NCBI RefSeq assembly: GCF_044324785.1
Contig: NZ_CP172127.1
DNA: 64,000 nucleotides
Direction: 5' to 3' (one strand)
From: Escherichia coli
GTDB taxonomy: Bacteria > Pseudomonadota > Gammaproteobacteria > Enterobacterales > Enterobacteriaceae
Shown here: piece by piece, positions 34,168 through 46,632 of the stretch
How positions within the stretch are numbered: the stretch's first letter is position 1
How the letters are laid out: each line of letters opens with the position of its first letter
Notes under the pieces: model-generated
Seen by the model: the letters and a program-made list of their open reading frames with translations, nothing else
Told to the model about the DNA's origin: nothing
Databases searched by the model: none
Translations under genes and position numbers: made by a program

Positions 34168-35649
34168 TCAGTTACGGAAAGGGTTATGACCGTTACTGGT
34201 GGTAGTGCGTGCGGATGTTTGCTGAACGACGGGTGCCGGGCTATCAGGCGCATAACCATCAGCAATAGCATTCTGTTCCGGCGTTTGCGGGGCAACGTTT
34301 TCCGGATTAGTGGAAACCGGTTTGCTCAGCGCATTGTTCAGTGCCAGCAGATCCTGCTCGTTCAACGTACCCAGAGCTGATTTAATATTCAACTGGTTAA
34401 TCAGGTAGTTATAACGCGCATTCGCCAGCTCTTGCTTGGCGTTGTACAGCGTGGTGGTCGCATCTAACACATCAACGATGGTACGCGTACCGACCGAGTA
34501 GCCCGCTTCCATCGCGTCTAATGAGCTTTGAGCGGAAACTACGGCTTGTTTGTAGGCGTTAATACTACTGATAGAAGCATTAATGTTGTTGAAGGAGGAA
34601 CGTACGGTTTGCACGACGCTACGATGCGCGCTTTCCAGTTGCTCGCTGGCACCAACAAAGTTGTACTGTGCCTGTTTCACCTGCGAGTTAACCATTCCGC
34701 CCTGATAAATCGGCAGCGAGAAGCTCAGGCCAACTTTGTTCTGGCCCATATTGCTATCGTCATACTGGGTACCCGCGGCACCACGGGTTTTCGAACCGCT
34801 ATAAGAGGTGTCAGAAATCCCGGTAGAAGCCGTTAAATCCAGAGTCGGTAAGTGACCATCCTGCGCCTGGCGAATTTGCTCGCGCGCCAGGTCCTGGCTC
34901 AAGCGTGCCTGTAACAGCGACAGGTTGCGTTTTTCGGCTTCTTTCAGCAGCGCGTTAACCGGCTGCGGTTTGTCGGTTTTAAAGTTTTCAACATTCAGCG
35001 CCGCCAGTTCCGGATAGTAGTTACCGGTGATCTGGCGCAGCTGCTCTACCGCGTTATCAAGGTTATTACGTGCGGTCACTTCGTTCGCCAGCACGGTATC
35101 GTACTGCGCGCGGGCGTTCTGCACGTCGGTGATCGCTACCAGGCCCACGTTAAAACGTTGGGTGGTTTGATCTAATTGACGGTAGATCGCTTCTTTTTGT
35201 GCCTGTGTATAGGAAAGAACGTCAATAGCATTCAACACGTTGAAATAAGCGGTCGCGGTGTTGAGGATCAAGGTTTGCTGATCGGTCTGATACGTGACGT
35301 CCTGAATCCCTGCTGCTTTTTCCTGCAGCGTTAACGCACGCCATTTCGACATATCAAAAATGGATTGAGTTAACTGCAGGGACGCACTGGTCGCGTTAGA
35401 GTTGATGCCGTTCGCGTCGCGGTAGCCGTTGCTATAGGTGTAATCTGCACCTAAACCTAGCTGTGGCAGTAATGGACTGCGCGCTTCATTAATTTTTTCA
35501 AAGGCAGCATCACGATCGGCGGCAGACTTACGCAATTCCGGGTTACTAAGGCGTGCTTGCTGATAAACTTGCATCAGGTTCTCGGCCTGGCTCAACGAAC
35601 TGAACCCAGAAAGGCTCAGGCCGATAAGAATGGGGAGCAATTTCTTCAT
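34168..35649 (-). CDS. tolC: Outer membrane channel TolC
   Basis: 493 aa from MKKLLPILIGLSLSGFSSLSQAENLMQVYQQARLSNPELRKS... Confidence 0.98.
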   Translation of the reverse strand: MKKLLPILIGLSLSGFSSLSQAENLMQVYQQARLSNPELRKSAADRDAAFEKINEARSPLLPQLGLGADYTYSNGYRDANGINSNATSASLQLTQSIFDMSKWRALTLQEKAAGIQDVTYQTDQQTLILNTATAYFNVLNAIDVLSYTQAQKEAIYRQLDQTTQRFNVGLVAITDVQNARAQYDTVLANEVTARNNLDNAVEQLRQITGNYYPELAALNVENFKTDKPQPVNALLKEAEKRNLSLLQARLSQDLAREQIRQAQDGHLPTLDLTASTGISDTSYSGSKTRGAAGTQYDDSNMGQNKVGLSFSLPIYQGGMVNSQVKQAQYNFVGASEQLESAHRSVVQTVRSSFNNINASISSINAYKQAVVSAQSSLDAMEAGYSVGTRTIVDVLDATTTLYNAKQELANARYNYLINQLNIKSALGTLNEQDLLALNNALSKPVSTNPENVAPQTPEQNAIADGYAPDSPAPVVQQTSARTTTSNGHNPFRN

Positions 35650-35853
35650 TTGCATTCCTTGTGGTGAAGCAGTATTTAGCGCGATCAAACTGTAAAATTA
35701 TTGCGGATTCTAGCAGAAGCCGCTACCGCAAAAGGTTGGCGTTACGTGCCATAGGGCGTTAATGTGCCTCAATTTAACACATGACTGCTCAAACGGCAGT
35801 CAAACGTCGCTGAAATTCACATTTAATTCACTATTAGTGCCAGGACATTAACA

Positions 35854-36483
35854 ATGCTTAAGCCAGACAACCTGCCCGTTACATTTGGCAAAAACGATGT
35901 AGAAATTATTGCACGAGAAACACTTTATCGCGGCTTTTTTTCATTAGATCTTTATAGATTTCGTCATCGTCTATTCAACGGGCAAATGAGTCATGAGGTA
36001 CGGCGGGAAATTTTTGAGCGCGGTCACGCCGCAGTCTTGCTACCCTTTGACCCAGTGCGTGATGAAGTTGTGCTGATTGAGCAGATTCGGATTGCCGCGT
36101 ACGACACCAGCGAAACCCCCTGGCTACTGGAGATGGTTGCCGGGATGATTGAAGAGGGGGAAAGTGTGGAAGATGTTGCCCGTCGCGAAGCGATTGAAGA
36201 GGCGGGGCTGATAGTCAAACGGACCAAACCGGTGTTAAGTTTCCTGGCAAGCCCGGGGGGCACCAGTGAGCGTTCGTCAATTATGGTGGGCGAAGTGGAC
36301 GCCACGACCGCAAGCGGTATTCACGGTCTGGCTGATGAAAACGAAGATATTCGCGTTCATGTGGTAAGCCGGGAACAGGCATACCAGTGGGTAGAAGAGG
36401 GGAAAATCGACAACGCAGCGTCGGTCATCGCTTTGCAATGGCTGCAGCTGCATCATCAAGCGTTAAAAAATGAGTGGGCATAA
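35854..36483 (+). CDS. nudF: ADP-ribose pyrophosphatase (Nudix)
   Basis: 209 aa; Nudix box GX5EX7REUXEEXGU present ([22 protein letters not shown]). Confidence 0.95.
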
Positions 36484-36906
36484 ATGAAGCGTTACACACC
36501 TGACTTTCCTGAAATGATGCGCCTGTGCGAGATGAACTTTTCACAATTGCGCCGTTTGTTACCGCGCAATGACGCACCCGGCGAAACTGTAAGCTATCAG
36601 GTGGCAAACGCACAATATCGGCTGACGATTGTGGAATCGACCCGATACACTACCCTGGTGACAATAGAACAGACTGCGCCCGCGATCAGTTACTGGAGCC
36701 TTCCGTCAATGACGGTGCGTCTGTATCATGACGCGATGGTGGCTGAAGTGTGTTCAAGCCAGCAGATTTTTCGCTTCAAAGCGCGGTATGATTATCCTAA
36801 TAAAAAGTTGCATCAACGCGACGAAAAGCATCAAATTAATCAGTTTCTAGCGGACTGGTTGCGATACTGTTTAGCACATGGAGCGATGGCGATTCCGGTT
36901 TACTAG
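36484..36906 (+). CDS. yqiB: DUF1249 protein YqiB
   Basis: 140 aa; conserved position between nudF and cpdA. Confidence 0.88.
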
Positions 36907-36930
36907 CGTCGTGAAACCTAAGGACACCAT

Positions 36931-37758
36931 TTGGAAAGCCTGTTAACCCTTCCTCTGGCTGGTGAGGCCAGAGTCAGGATTTTACAAATTACCGACACTC
37001 ACCTGTTTGCGCAAAAGCACGAAGCCCTGTTGGGGGTAAACACCTGGGAAAGCTACCAGGCGGTGCTGGAGGCGATTCGGCCACACCAGCACGAATTCGA
37101 CCTGATTGTCGCGACAGGTGATTTAGCGCAGGATCAATCCTCTGCGGCCTATCAGCATTTCGCTGAAGGCATCGCAAGTTTTCGTGCGCCCTGCGTCTGG
37201 CTGCCGGGCAACCACGATTTCCAGCCCGCGATGTACAGCGCGTTACAGGATGCGGGTATCTCCCCGGCGAAGCGGGTGTTTATTGGTGAGCAATGGCAAA
37301 TCCTGTTGCTGGATAGCCAGGTGTTTGGCGTGCCGCACGGTGAGCTGAGCGAGTTTCAGCTTGAGTGGCTGGAACGTAAACTGGCCGATGCGCCAGAACG
37401 CCATACGTTGCTGCTGCTGCATCATCATCCGCTACCTGCAGGTTGTAGTTGGCTTGATCAACACAGCCTGCGTAACGCGGGCGAACTGGATACCGTGCTG
37501 GCGAAGTTTCCGCACGTCAAATACTTGCTGTGCGGTCATATTCATCAGGAGCTGGATCTCGACTGGAACGGTCGCCGCCTGCTGGCAACGCCGTCGACCT
37601 GTGTGCAATTTAAGCCGCACTGTTCCAACTTTACGCTGGACACCATCGCGCCCGGCTGGCGTACTCTCGAGTTACATGCTGATGGCACGCTGACCACCGA
37701 GGTGCATCGCCTGGCGGACACACGTTTCCAACCTGATACCGCTTCTGAAGGCTACTGA
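36931..37758 (+). CDS. cpdA: 3',5'-cyclic AMP phosphodiesterase (class III, metallophosphatase)
   Basis: 275 aa, [26 protein letters not shown]...; start codon at 36931 is TTG. Confidence 0.92.
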   Translation: MESLLTLPLAGEARVRILQITDTHLFAQKHEALLGVNTWESYQAVLEAIRPHQHEFDLIVATGDLAQDQSSAAYQHFAEGIASFRAPCVWLPGNHDFQPAMYSALQDAGISPAKRVFIGEQWQILLLDSQVFGVPHGELSEFQLEWLERKLADAPERHTLLLLHHHPLPAGCSWLDQHSLRNAGELDTVLAKFPHVKYLLCGHIHQELDLDWNGRRLLATPSTCVQFKPHCSNFTLDTIAPGWRTLELHADGTLTTEVHRLADTRFQPDTASEGY

Positions 37759-38339
37759 TGTCTACGCTTCTTTATTTACACGGTTTCAACAGCTCGCCGC
37801 GCTCTGCAAAAGCGAGCTTGTTAAAAAACTGGCTGGCGGAACATCACCCTGACGTTGAGATGATCATTCCGCAGTTGCCGCCGTATCCTTCCGACGCGGC
37901 AGAACTGCTGGAATCCATTGTCCTGGAACATGGCGGCGATTCGCTGGGTATTGTCGGTTCGTCACTGGGGGGATATTACGCCACCTGGTTGTCGCAATGT
38001 TTTATGCTGCCCGCAGTGGTGGTAAACCCGGCGGTGCGCCCGTTTGAACTGCTGACGGACTATCTCGGTCAGAACGAGAACCCCTACACCGGGCAGCAAT
38101 ATGTGCTAGAGTCACGCCATATTTACGATCTCAAAGTCATGCAGATTGACCCGCTGGAAGCGCCGGATTTGATCTGGCTGCTGCAACAGACGGGAGATGA
38201 AGTGCTGGATTACCGCCAGGCGGTGGCGTACTACGCTTCCTGCCGCCAGACTGTCATAGAAGGCGGCAACCACGCATTCACGGGCTTCGAAGATTATTTC
38301 AACCCGATCGTCGATTTTCTTGGTCTGCACCATCTCTGA
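37758..38339 (+). CDS. yqiA: Esterase YqiA (alpha/beta hydrolase)
   Basis: 193 aa; ATG overlaps the cpdA stop. Confidence 0.92.
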   Translation: MSTLLYLHGFNSSPRSAKASLLKNWLAEHHPDVEMIIPQLPPYPSDAAELLESIVLEHGGDSLGIVGSSLGGYYATWLSQCFMLPAVVVNPAVRPFELLTDYLGQNENPYTGQQYVLESRHIYDLKVMQIDPLEAPDLIWLLQQTGDEVLDYRQAVAYYASCRQTVIEGGNHAFTGFEDYFNPIVDFLGLHHL

Positions 38340-38364
38340 CGATCAACTCGAATTGCTAACTTAA

Positions 38365-40260
<1,896 letters not shown>

Positions 40261-40288
40261 TAATCCTCCCGGCAGAAGAATAAAACAT

Positions 40289-40322
40289 AGCCCGGTATAC
40301 AAGTGTATACCGGGCTTTTTTG
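40289..40322. terminator. Hairpin plus T-tract after parE, probably bidirectional with the convergent receptor gene
   Basis: agcccggtatacaagtgtataccgggct followed by TTTTTTT. Confidence 0.7.
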
Positions 40323-40323
40323 A

Positions 40324-42465
40324 TCAAAATTCCATTTTCACCGTGAATTGCACTGCACGCGGATCGCCAATCTGATTCCCCAGATTATTTGTGGCGATGG
40401 AAGAGGTGTAATACGTTTTATCAAACAGGTTTTTGACGTTTAATTGCAGTGTGACCGGATACTGCAATTTCATTTTGTATGCGGCGAAGGCATCGGCAAC
40501 GAAATAGCCAGGCAGATAATAGTCAGCCCCATTGGTTGCCGAACGACGGCTTACGCCATGTCCACCACCGCCAAACGTCAGTGTGTTATTGCCTGGCATG
40601 TTATGAATGTCATAGGTCAGGAATAGCGAACCGGTATGACGAGGAACATTCGGCAATGGTTTCCCTGCATAATCAGGATCTTCCAGAACCTTAGCATCGG
40701 TATAGCCGTAGCTGGCAATGATATTAATGTTTTCAGTTAATGCTCCCGCAAGGTCGACTTCTACCCCTCTTGAACGAACGCGGCCTGCCGTTTTGGCGAT
40801 GGTTTCATCACCAATACTTTCGGTATACAACACGTTACGTTTATGGATATCAAACAGCGCAATATCTGCGGTTATACCATCGAACAGCTCGAATTTTGCC
40901 CCGACTTCGTAAGCATTAGATGATTCCGGTGGAAGATCTCCGATGTAGCTGGCAATTGACGATTGCGGCATAAATGTTTGCGAATAATTAGCAAATAAGG
41001 ATACCGATGGCGTCAGTTTGTAGACTAACCCCAGTTTGGGCGTCCATTGTTCATCGCGGCTGTCAGTATTGACATTAAAAGGACGGCCTTTACCCGCATA
41101 CTGCGTGTAATACTGATAGCGGATCCCGGCGACGGCAATCCAGTTATCGGTCAGATAGAGCGCGTCCTGTGCATACGCTGAGTAGCTCTCCTGTTTGATC
41201 GTCTGATCACTGTCCGACGCCGAAACCGTTGTGCATTTGCTGGTAATACCATAAACGGGGTTGTAGATATTGAAATCTTTAGCTTTTTTACAGCGAATCA
41301 TATCTGTGCGCAGAAGATCATAATATTCATATGACACCCCACCCAGAATCTCATTATAGAATCCGGCAATATCAACATTCCCTTGCAGATCCGCACGAGT
41401 AGCATGCATACGCTGGGTAGATCCTTGGGTTGCATCAACACGCCGTGTCAGCGTTCCTGTCGTTGCATCATATGCGGTAACACGCGCCTGATTATCGCTG
41501 TATTTATCCTGGCTGTAGCTGTAATCAAAGCGCGCTGTCCACTGGCTATTGAGATGATATTCTGCGTTGAGTTGCGCCAGATCGGACTGACCATCTGTAA
41601 TATTAAACGGTTCGTCAAAACGTATTTTTCGATCAACGTTTACGGGCTGTTTCGTCGTAAGGTCGAAAATCGTTCCACGATCGAACGGAGTTTTATAGTC
41701 CCGATGGGAATAGAGCATGGTTACTGTTGCATTATCACCAAACCAGGTGAGTGACGGGGCAATAAATGTACTGCGCTCTTTACCGAAGTTTCGCCAGTAA
41801 TCTTCATCCTGCACTTCCCCGGTAAGGCGATACGCCAGCTGAGTGCCTTCAATGGGACCTGTGATATCAAGTTGCCCAGTGCCGCCACCAAAACTGGAGG
41901 AGGTGGCTGAAACCGAACCATGGAATGTTTTTTCCGGGCGCTTGGTCACGACGTTAATCAGTCCACCAGGATCGAGAATGCCATACAGCGTGGAGGCCGG
42001 ACCTTTTAGCACTTCCACACGTTCTGTGGCGGCGTTGAAACTGCGAGGAAGTACAGTTCGCAGGCCGTTGGTCATGATGGAGCCATCCCGGTTAGCACCA
42101 AACCCACGACGTACAAAGGCGTCCTGAGTTCCGCCTAATGTATTGGTCTGTACCACGTTACTGACGTTATAAAGCGCTTCATCCAGCGTCGTCGCATTCT
42201 GATTTTCCAGAACCTGATCGCTAACCGTATTGACCACCTGCGGGATATCCAGCATCGGCATATCGGTTAATGTCGCCGTGGAAGTGCTCAGAGGTTGATA
42301 ACCATCGGTCGCCTCAGTTGCGGTATTTGCATCCGCTGTAACAGTGATTGTTTCGCCATCTTTGGTCGTTGCAGTGTCGGTTGCATGAATCATTGGTGCT
42401 GCAAAGAGCAGTGAAAAGAGCGCCCGACCTTTGATTCCTGAGAATGAAGGTGTGAACTTAGCCAT
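40324..42465 (-). CDS. TonB-dependent outer-membrane siderophore receptor
   Basis: 713 aa; signal peptide, plug domain, beta-barrel, C-terminal aromatic residue (...FTVKMEF). Confidence 0.88.
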   Translation of the reverse strand: MAKFTPSFSGIKGRALFSLLFAAPMIHATDTATTKDGETITVTADANTATEATDGYQPLSTSTATLTDMPMLDIPQVVNTVSDQVLENQNATTLDEALYNVSNVVQTNTLGGTQDAFVRRGFGANRDGSIMTNGLRTVLPRSFNAATERVEVLKGPASTLYGILDPGGLINVVTKRPEKTFHGSVSATSSSFGGGTGQLDITGPIEGTQLAYRLTGEVQDEDYWRNFGKERSTFIAPSLTWFGDNATVTMLYSHRDYKTPFDRGTIFDLTTKQPVNVDRKIRFDEPFNITDGQSDLAQLNAEYHLNSQWTARFDYSYSQDKYSDNQARVTAYDATTGTLTRRVDATQGSTQRMHATRADLQGNVDIAGFYNEILGGVSYEYYDLLRTDMIRCKKAKDFNIYNPVYGITSKCTTVSASDSDQTIKQESYSAYAQDALYLTDNWIAVAGIRYQYYTQYAGKGRPFNVNTDSRDEQWTPKLGLVYKLTPSVSLFANYSQTFMPQSSIASYIGDLPPESSNAYEVGAKFELFDGITADIALFDIHKRNVLYTESIGDETIAKTAGRVRSRGVEVDLAGALTENINIIASYGYTDAKVLEDPDYAGKPLPNVPRHTGSLFLTYDIHNMPGNNTLTFGGGGHGVSRRSATNGADYYLPGYFVADAFAAYKMKLQYPVTLQLNVKNLFDKTYYTSSIATNNLGNQIGDPRAVQFTVKMEF

Positions 42466-42563
42466 TTAGTCTGTTATCCCAAAAACTCACGGATTGTCGT
42501 GAGTGAAAATTGTTTCTTGTTGCTCACTAAGCACTATCCGTTTGTTATCTCACCATCGGATAT

Positions 42564-42584
42564 GTAATTGAGAATCATTCAATC
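42564..42584. promoter_or_regulatory. Fur-box-like site in the divergent promoter region between the receptor and the ABC operon
   Basis: gtaattgagaatcattcaatc compared with consensus GATAATGATAATCATTATC; embedded in an AT-rich 370-bp intergenic region. Confidence 0.5.
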
Positions 42585-42838
42585 ATGCGGTGATGTAGTA
42601 GTAAATGAGAAATAACAAAAAATTGCTACATGTGTTTTTATGAGAGGTTAATGCAATTCAATTGATTGTAATTTATTAATATTTAATGGTTTTATTTTTA
42701 TCTTTAAAAATATTTCACCTGTTATTTACCTTGTTTTTGTATGGCTTTTAACTTCTTGACTACTACATTTTGTGGCGTCAAACTCTCAAAGGAGAATGAG
42801 TTTTATTTTTGTTTGTCTTTGATTAAGTTGGCGTACAC

Positions 42839-43648
42839 GTGGCACATAACGCAAAAGGGCAGGGGCTGATCCTCGACAATGTTTCTGCCGGGTATCACAC
42901 GAAAATCATTGTTGATGGTGTTTCTTTCTCCGTTCCCACAGAAAAAATGACCGTTCTGGTTGGGGCAAACGGCTGTGGAAAGTCGACGTTGCTCAGCACC
43001 ATTGCACGTATCTTGCAACCTATGGGCGGCTCGATATTGCTGGATGGTAAAGCGATTCACGAGCAACCAACGAAAGCGTTATCCCGTAGACTTGGGATCT
43101 TGCCGCAGTCGCCATTATTGCCGGAGGGATTAACCGTTTATGAACTGGTGTCGCGTGGGCGTTTTCCCTGGCAGAATTTCATTCGTCAATGGAGCGACGC
43201 CGACGAGCAGGCGGTAGAAGAGGCCCTGAAATTAACCGGTACGCAGGAGTTTGCACATTTACCTGTTGAAAAACTTTCTGGTGGGCAGCGCCAGCGTTGC
43301 TGGATTGCGATGGTGTTGGCGCAAAAGACGCCTTATATCCTGCTGGATGAACCCACAACCTGGCTTGATTTACGTTATCAGGTTGAAATTCTTGAGTTAT
43401 TACATGATTTAACGCGTCATCACGGGCGTACAGTCGTCGTGGTGTTGCATGATCTGAATTTTGCCGTCAATTATGGTGATACGTTGATATTTTTACGCCA
43501 GGGGAAAGTGGTGCGTGTGTTGAATGAGGGGGAACATTGCACGCCTGAGCTGGTAAAAGCTGTCTTTGACGTTGATGTTCACGCATCAATAAATCCTCTG
43601 ACGGGAAAGCCGTTCTTCATGCCGTTTCGTGGTGTAGAAAAAGTATGA
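42839..43648 (+). CDS. ABC transporter ATP-binding protein, FepC/FecE-like
   Basis: 269 aa; Walker A GANGCGKST, signature LSGGQRQR, Walker B ILLDEPT; GTG start at 42839 is the most upstream in-frame start. Confidence 0.88.
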   Translation: MAHNAKGQGLILDNVSAGYHTKIIVDGVSFSVPTEKMTVLVGANGCGKSTLLSTIARILQPMGGSILLDGKAIHEQPTKALSRRLGILPQSPLLPEGLTVYELVSRGRFPWQNFIRQWSDADEQAVEEALKLTGTQEFAHLPVEKLSGGQRQRCWIAMVLAQKTPYILLDEPTTWLDLRYQVEILELLHDLTRHHGRTVVVVLHDLNFAVNYGDTLIFLRQGKVVRVLNEGEHCTPELVKAVFDVDVHASINPLTGKPFFMPFRGVEKV

Positions 43649-44628
43649 TGCGCACAGGGCTGGTTACTGTAATTTTCCTCGCCTTACTGCTGGTGGGATG
43701 CGTGGTATATCCAGGGATTGGTGCCCGATTTATTGCACCACAAACGGTGTTGCAGGCATTTCTTCATTTTGATCCGCAAAACTTCGATCACAACGTAATT
43801 GTAAGACTCCGTTTGCCGCGTTTAGCGGCAGCATTGCTTACCGGTGCTTCTCTTGGAGTTGCTGGTGCTTTGTTGCAGGCTGTCATTCGTAACCCATTGG
43901 GGGAGCCACATATTTTAGGCTTAAATGCCGGAGCCGCTCTTGCTGTCGTTGCTGCCAGTGCGCTTGGGCTGGCCTTTCCGGTTGGACGCCCACTGCTGGC
44001 ATCTACGGGCGGCGCGTTATTGTTCCTGTTGATATTGCTGCTTTCCTCCGCAGGGCGTTCAGGGTTAACGCCAATGAAAGTTACTTTATGCGGCGTGGCG
44101 CTATCGGCGTTCGTGTCCTCAATAACGGCTGCAATCCTGATTCTTGACGAACAAACACTGCTGGCGATGCGGACATGGCTAGCAGGTGATTTAGCGGGGC
44201 AGGATTGGGCGACGCTGGGTACGTCCGCCTGGTTTTCTCTGGGGGGGGTTGTGTTAGCCATTTACCTTGCGCCCTCTCTTAACATGTTGGCACTGGGTGA
44301 TCGCATGGCGCAGGGGCTGGGCGTCTCGGTACTCCGCACGCGAACATTCACTCTGCTTGCGATCGCGTTGCTCTGTGGCGCAGCCGTATCGATTGCTGGC
44401 CCCATTGGTTTTGTCGGTCTGCTAGTACCGCAGATTGTCAGGCGTCTGGTATCTGCGGATCTGCGCGTTCTGCTCCCTCTTTCAGCTTGTGTCGGTGCCT
44501 TACTGCTATTACTGGCAGATATTATTGCCCGGACGCTTTTCACGCCCCATGAGCTGGCGACCGGTGTCATGACGGCGTTAGTTGGTGCGCCCGTTTTTGT
44601 CATTATGGCGACGAGGATGTTCAAATGA
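43645..44628 (+). CDS. ABC transporter permease (FecCD family)
   Basis: 327 aa polytopic membrane protein; start overlaps the upstream stop. Confidence 0.85.
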   Translation: MMRTGLVTVIFLALLLVGCVVYPGIGARFIAPQTVLQAFLHFDPQNFDHNVIVRLRLPRLAAALLTGASLGVAGALLQAVIRNPLGEPHILGLNAGAALAVVAASALGLAFPVGRPLLASTGGALLFLLILLLSSAGRSGLTPMKVTLCGVALSAFVSSITAAILILDEQTLLAMRTWLAGDLAGQDWATLGTSAWFSLGGVVLAIYLAPSLNMLALGDRMAQGLGVSVLRTRTFTLLAIALLCGAAVSIAGPIGFVGLLVPQIVRRLVSADLRVLLPLSACVGALLLLLADIIARTLFTPHELATGVMTALVGAPVFVIMATRMFK

Positions 44629-45674
44629 GTCGGATAATGAACGTCGGGCTACGTCCACTACGTGTTGGTAAGTTTTCGACACTGGTACGCCCTAAAAATC
44701 TGGTGTTGCTTGGTGGGCTGTTTCTGTTTGCGGTTGGAATACTGATATTCGGTCTGATGCATGGTTCTTTTTCTGTCCCGGCATCGGAAGTAGGACGAGC
44801 GTTGTTTGCTCCAGAAAACGTAAGCACAGACGCACGTTATATTGTGCAGGATATTCGCTTGCCGAGAGTCATCATGGCATTGCTATGCGGAGCCATGTTA
44901 GGTATGGCGGGGGCCGCGATGCAATCCATTGCGCGTAACGGCCTTGCCGATCCTGGTTTAATCGGCGTCAAAGAAGGATGTAGCGTGGCGGTGCTGTGGC
45001 TGATTTTCCAGTTTCCAATGCTGGGAATGTTCTGGCGTCCAGTGGCTGGTCTTGCTGGTGGCTTGTTGGTGGCTTTAATCGTGATTTTTTGTGCGCGCGA
45101 TATTTCCCGCCCGCGATTTGTTCTGATTGGTATTGGTGTTTCCTGGTTTTTCGCCGCCGGTATCGGTGTATTTATGACCACTGCAGATGTTCGAGATGTA
45201 CAAACTGCATTGATGTGGTTATCGGGAAGCCTGCATGCAGCTAACTGGATGTTAGTCGGTATTTCAGCCTGTTGGATGTTGCCAGCCGCTCTTTTATTGC
45301 TGTTCACCGCCAGGACGGCGGATATCGCTCTGCTTGGTCATCAGGTGGCAACCGGGTTAGGCGTGAATAGTTCTCGCCTGGCGTTGTTACGTGTCGCCGC
45401 ACCCATAATCCTGACAGCCGTCTGCGTTTCGTGTGTTGGTAACATCGGTTTTGTCGGATTGATAGCACCCCATATATCACGTTTTATTCTACGTGGCGGG
45501 CAGACGACATTACTGCTGGGGAGCGCGGTATCGGGGGCGTTGTTAGTCATCCTGGCGGATAGCATTGGTCGTTTGGCTTTTTTGCCTTTGCAACTGCCTG
45601 CCGGAATCATTATTTCATTGATTGGTGGACCATTCTTTTTGCTACTGCTCTGGCAGCGCAGGAACAGTTTTTAA
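44625..45674 (+). CDS. ABC transporter permease (FecCD family), second subunit
   Basis: 349 aa polytopic membrane protein; start overlaps the upstream stop. Confidence 0.85.
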   Translation: MSRIMNVGLRPLRVGKFSTLVRPKNLVLLGGLFLFAVGILIFGLMHGSFSVPASEVGRALFAPENVSTDARYIVQDIRLPRVIMALLCGAMLGMAGAAMQSIARNGLADPGLIGVKEGCSVAVLWLIFQFPMLGMFWRPVAGLAGGLLVALIVIFCARDISRPRFVLIGIGVSWFFAAGIGVFMTTADVRDVQTALMWLSGSLHAANWMLVGISACWMLPAALLLLFTARTADIALLGHQVATGLGVNSSRLALLRVAAPIILTAVCVSCVGNIGFVGLIAPHISRFILRGGQTTLLLGSAVSGALLVILADSIGRLAFLPLQLPAGIIISLIGGPFFLLLLWQRRNSF

Positions 45675-45684
45675 TGGGAGTTAT

Positions 45685-46632
45685 ATGCGTTTATTTTTTT
45701 CTCTGCTGATACTGTTGTCATTCTTTGCCCGCGCGACAGAACCTGTTCAGGTCTTTACTGATGATTTAGGGCGCAAAGTCACTGTTCCTGCTCATCCAAA
45801 GAGAATTGTCTCTTTACACGATCTTGATATCACTATTCCTCTGATTGAGCTCGGTGTACCTCCTGTCGCCAGCCACGGGCGAACCCGGCCTGACGGTAGC
45901 CATTTCATTCGATCAGGCGCGTTATTGACAGGTGTCGACTTTGATAATTCATCGATCGCTTTTATTGGCACCGCTGATATTGATATTGAAGCGATTGTGG
46001 CGGCAAAGCCTGACCTGATCATCACAGAACCGACCCGTAATACGCCCATTGAACAACTGGAAAAAATTGCGCCCACGGTGAGCATTGATCATCTCAAAGG
46101 CGGCGCGCCAGAAATCTACCGCAAGCTGGCAGAACTTACAGGAACGCAGTCGCAGCTGGCGATACTTGAACGCCGCTATCAGGCACAAATCAATGCGCTG
46201 AAGGCGACGCTGGACAGCCAAAAAATAACGGTATCGGTGATTCAGGCAAATCAGGGAAAAATTAATGTGATGCATAGCTATCATTCGCTGGGGCGGGTAT
46301 TACGCGATGCTGGTTTTCGCTTTCCGCCGCTGATTGAGAGCATTCCTGAAGGTGGGCGAATGGATGTGAGCGCAGAGCGTTTACCTGAACTGGATGCCGA
46401 TTTTGTTTTTGCAACCTGGCGCGGTGACACCGGTGGTAAACCTCAGGATGAGCTGGCAGCAATGGAAAAAGTCATGCCGGGATGGTGTCAGTTTCTGACG
46501 GCCTGTCGTTCCGGGCGCTATGTGCTGATTTCTCGTGAAGAGGCGATTTCTAACTCCTTTGCATCTCTGGGGCTGATGGCTGCGCAGATACAATCACAAA
46601 TTGCGGGACGACCTCTACCGGAGGCTAAATGA
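45685..46632 (+). CDS. Periplasmic substrate-binding protein (siderophore/chelate-binding cluster)
   Basis: 315 aa from ATG 45685 (MRLFFSLLILLSFFARA signal peptide) preceded by aatgggag RBS; track ORF extends upstream. Confidence 0.8.
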   Translation: MRLFFSLLILLSFFARATEPVQVFTDDLGRKVTVPAHPKRIVSLHDLDITIPLIELGVPPVASHGRTRPDGSHFIRSGALLTGVDFDNSSIAFIGTADIDIEAIVAAKPDLIITEPTRNTPIEQLEKIAPTVSIDHLKGGAPEIYRKLAELTGTQSQLAILERRYQAQINALKATLDSQKITVSVIQANQGKINVMHSYHSLGRVLRDAGFRFPPLIESIPEGGRMDVSAERLPELDADFVFATWRGDTGGKPQDELAAMEKVMPGWCQFLTACRSGRYVLISREEAISNSFASLGLMAAQIQSQIAGRPLPEAK

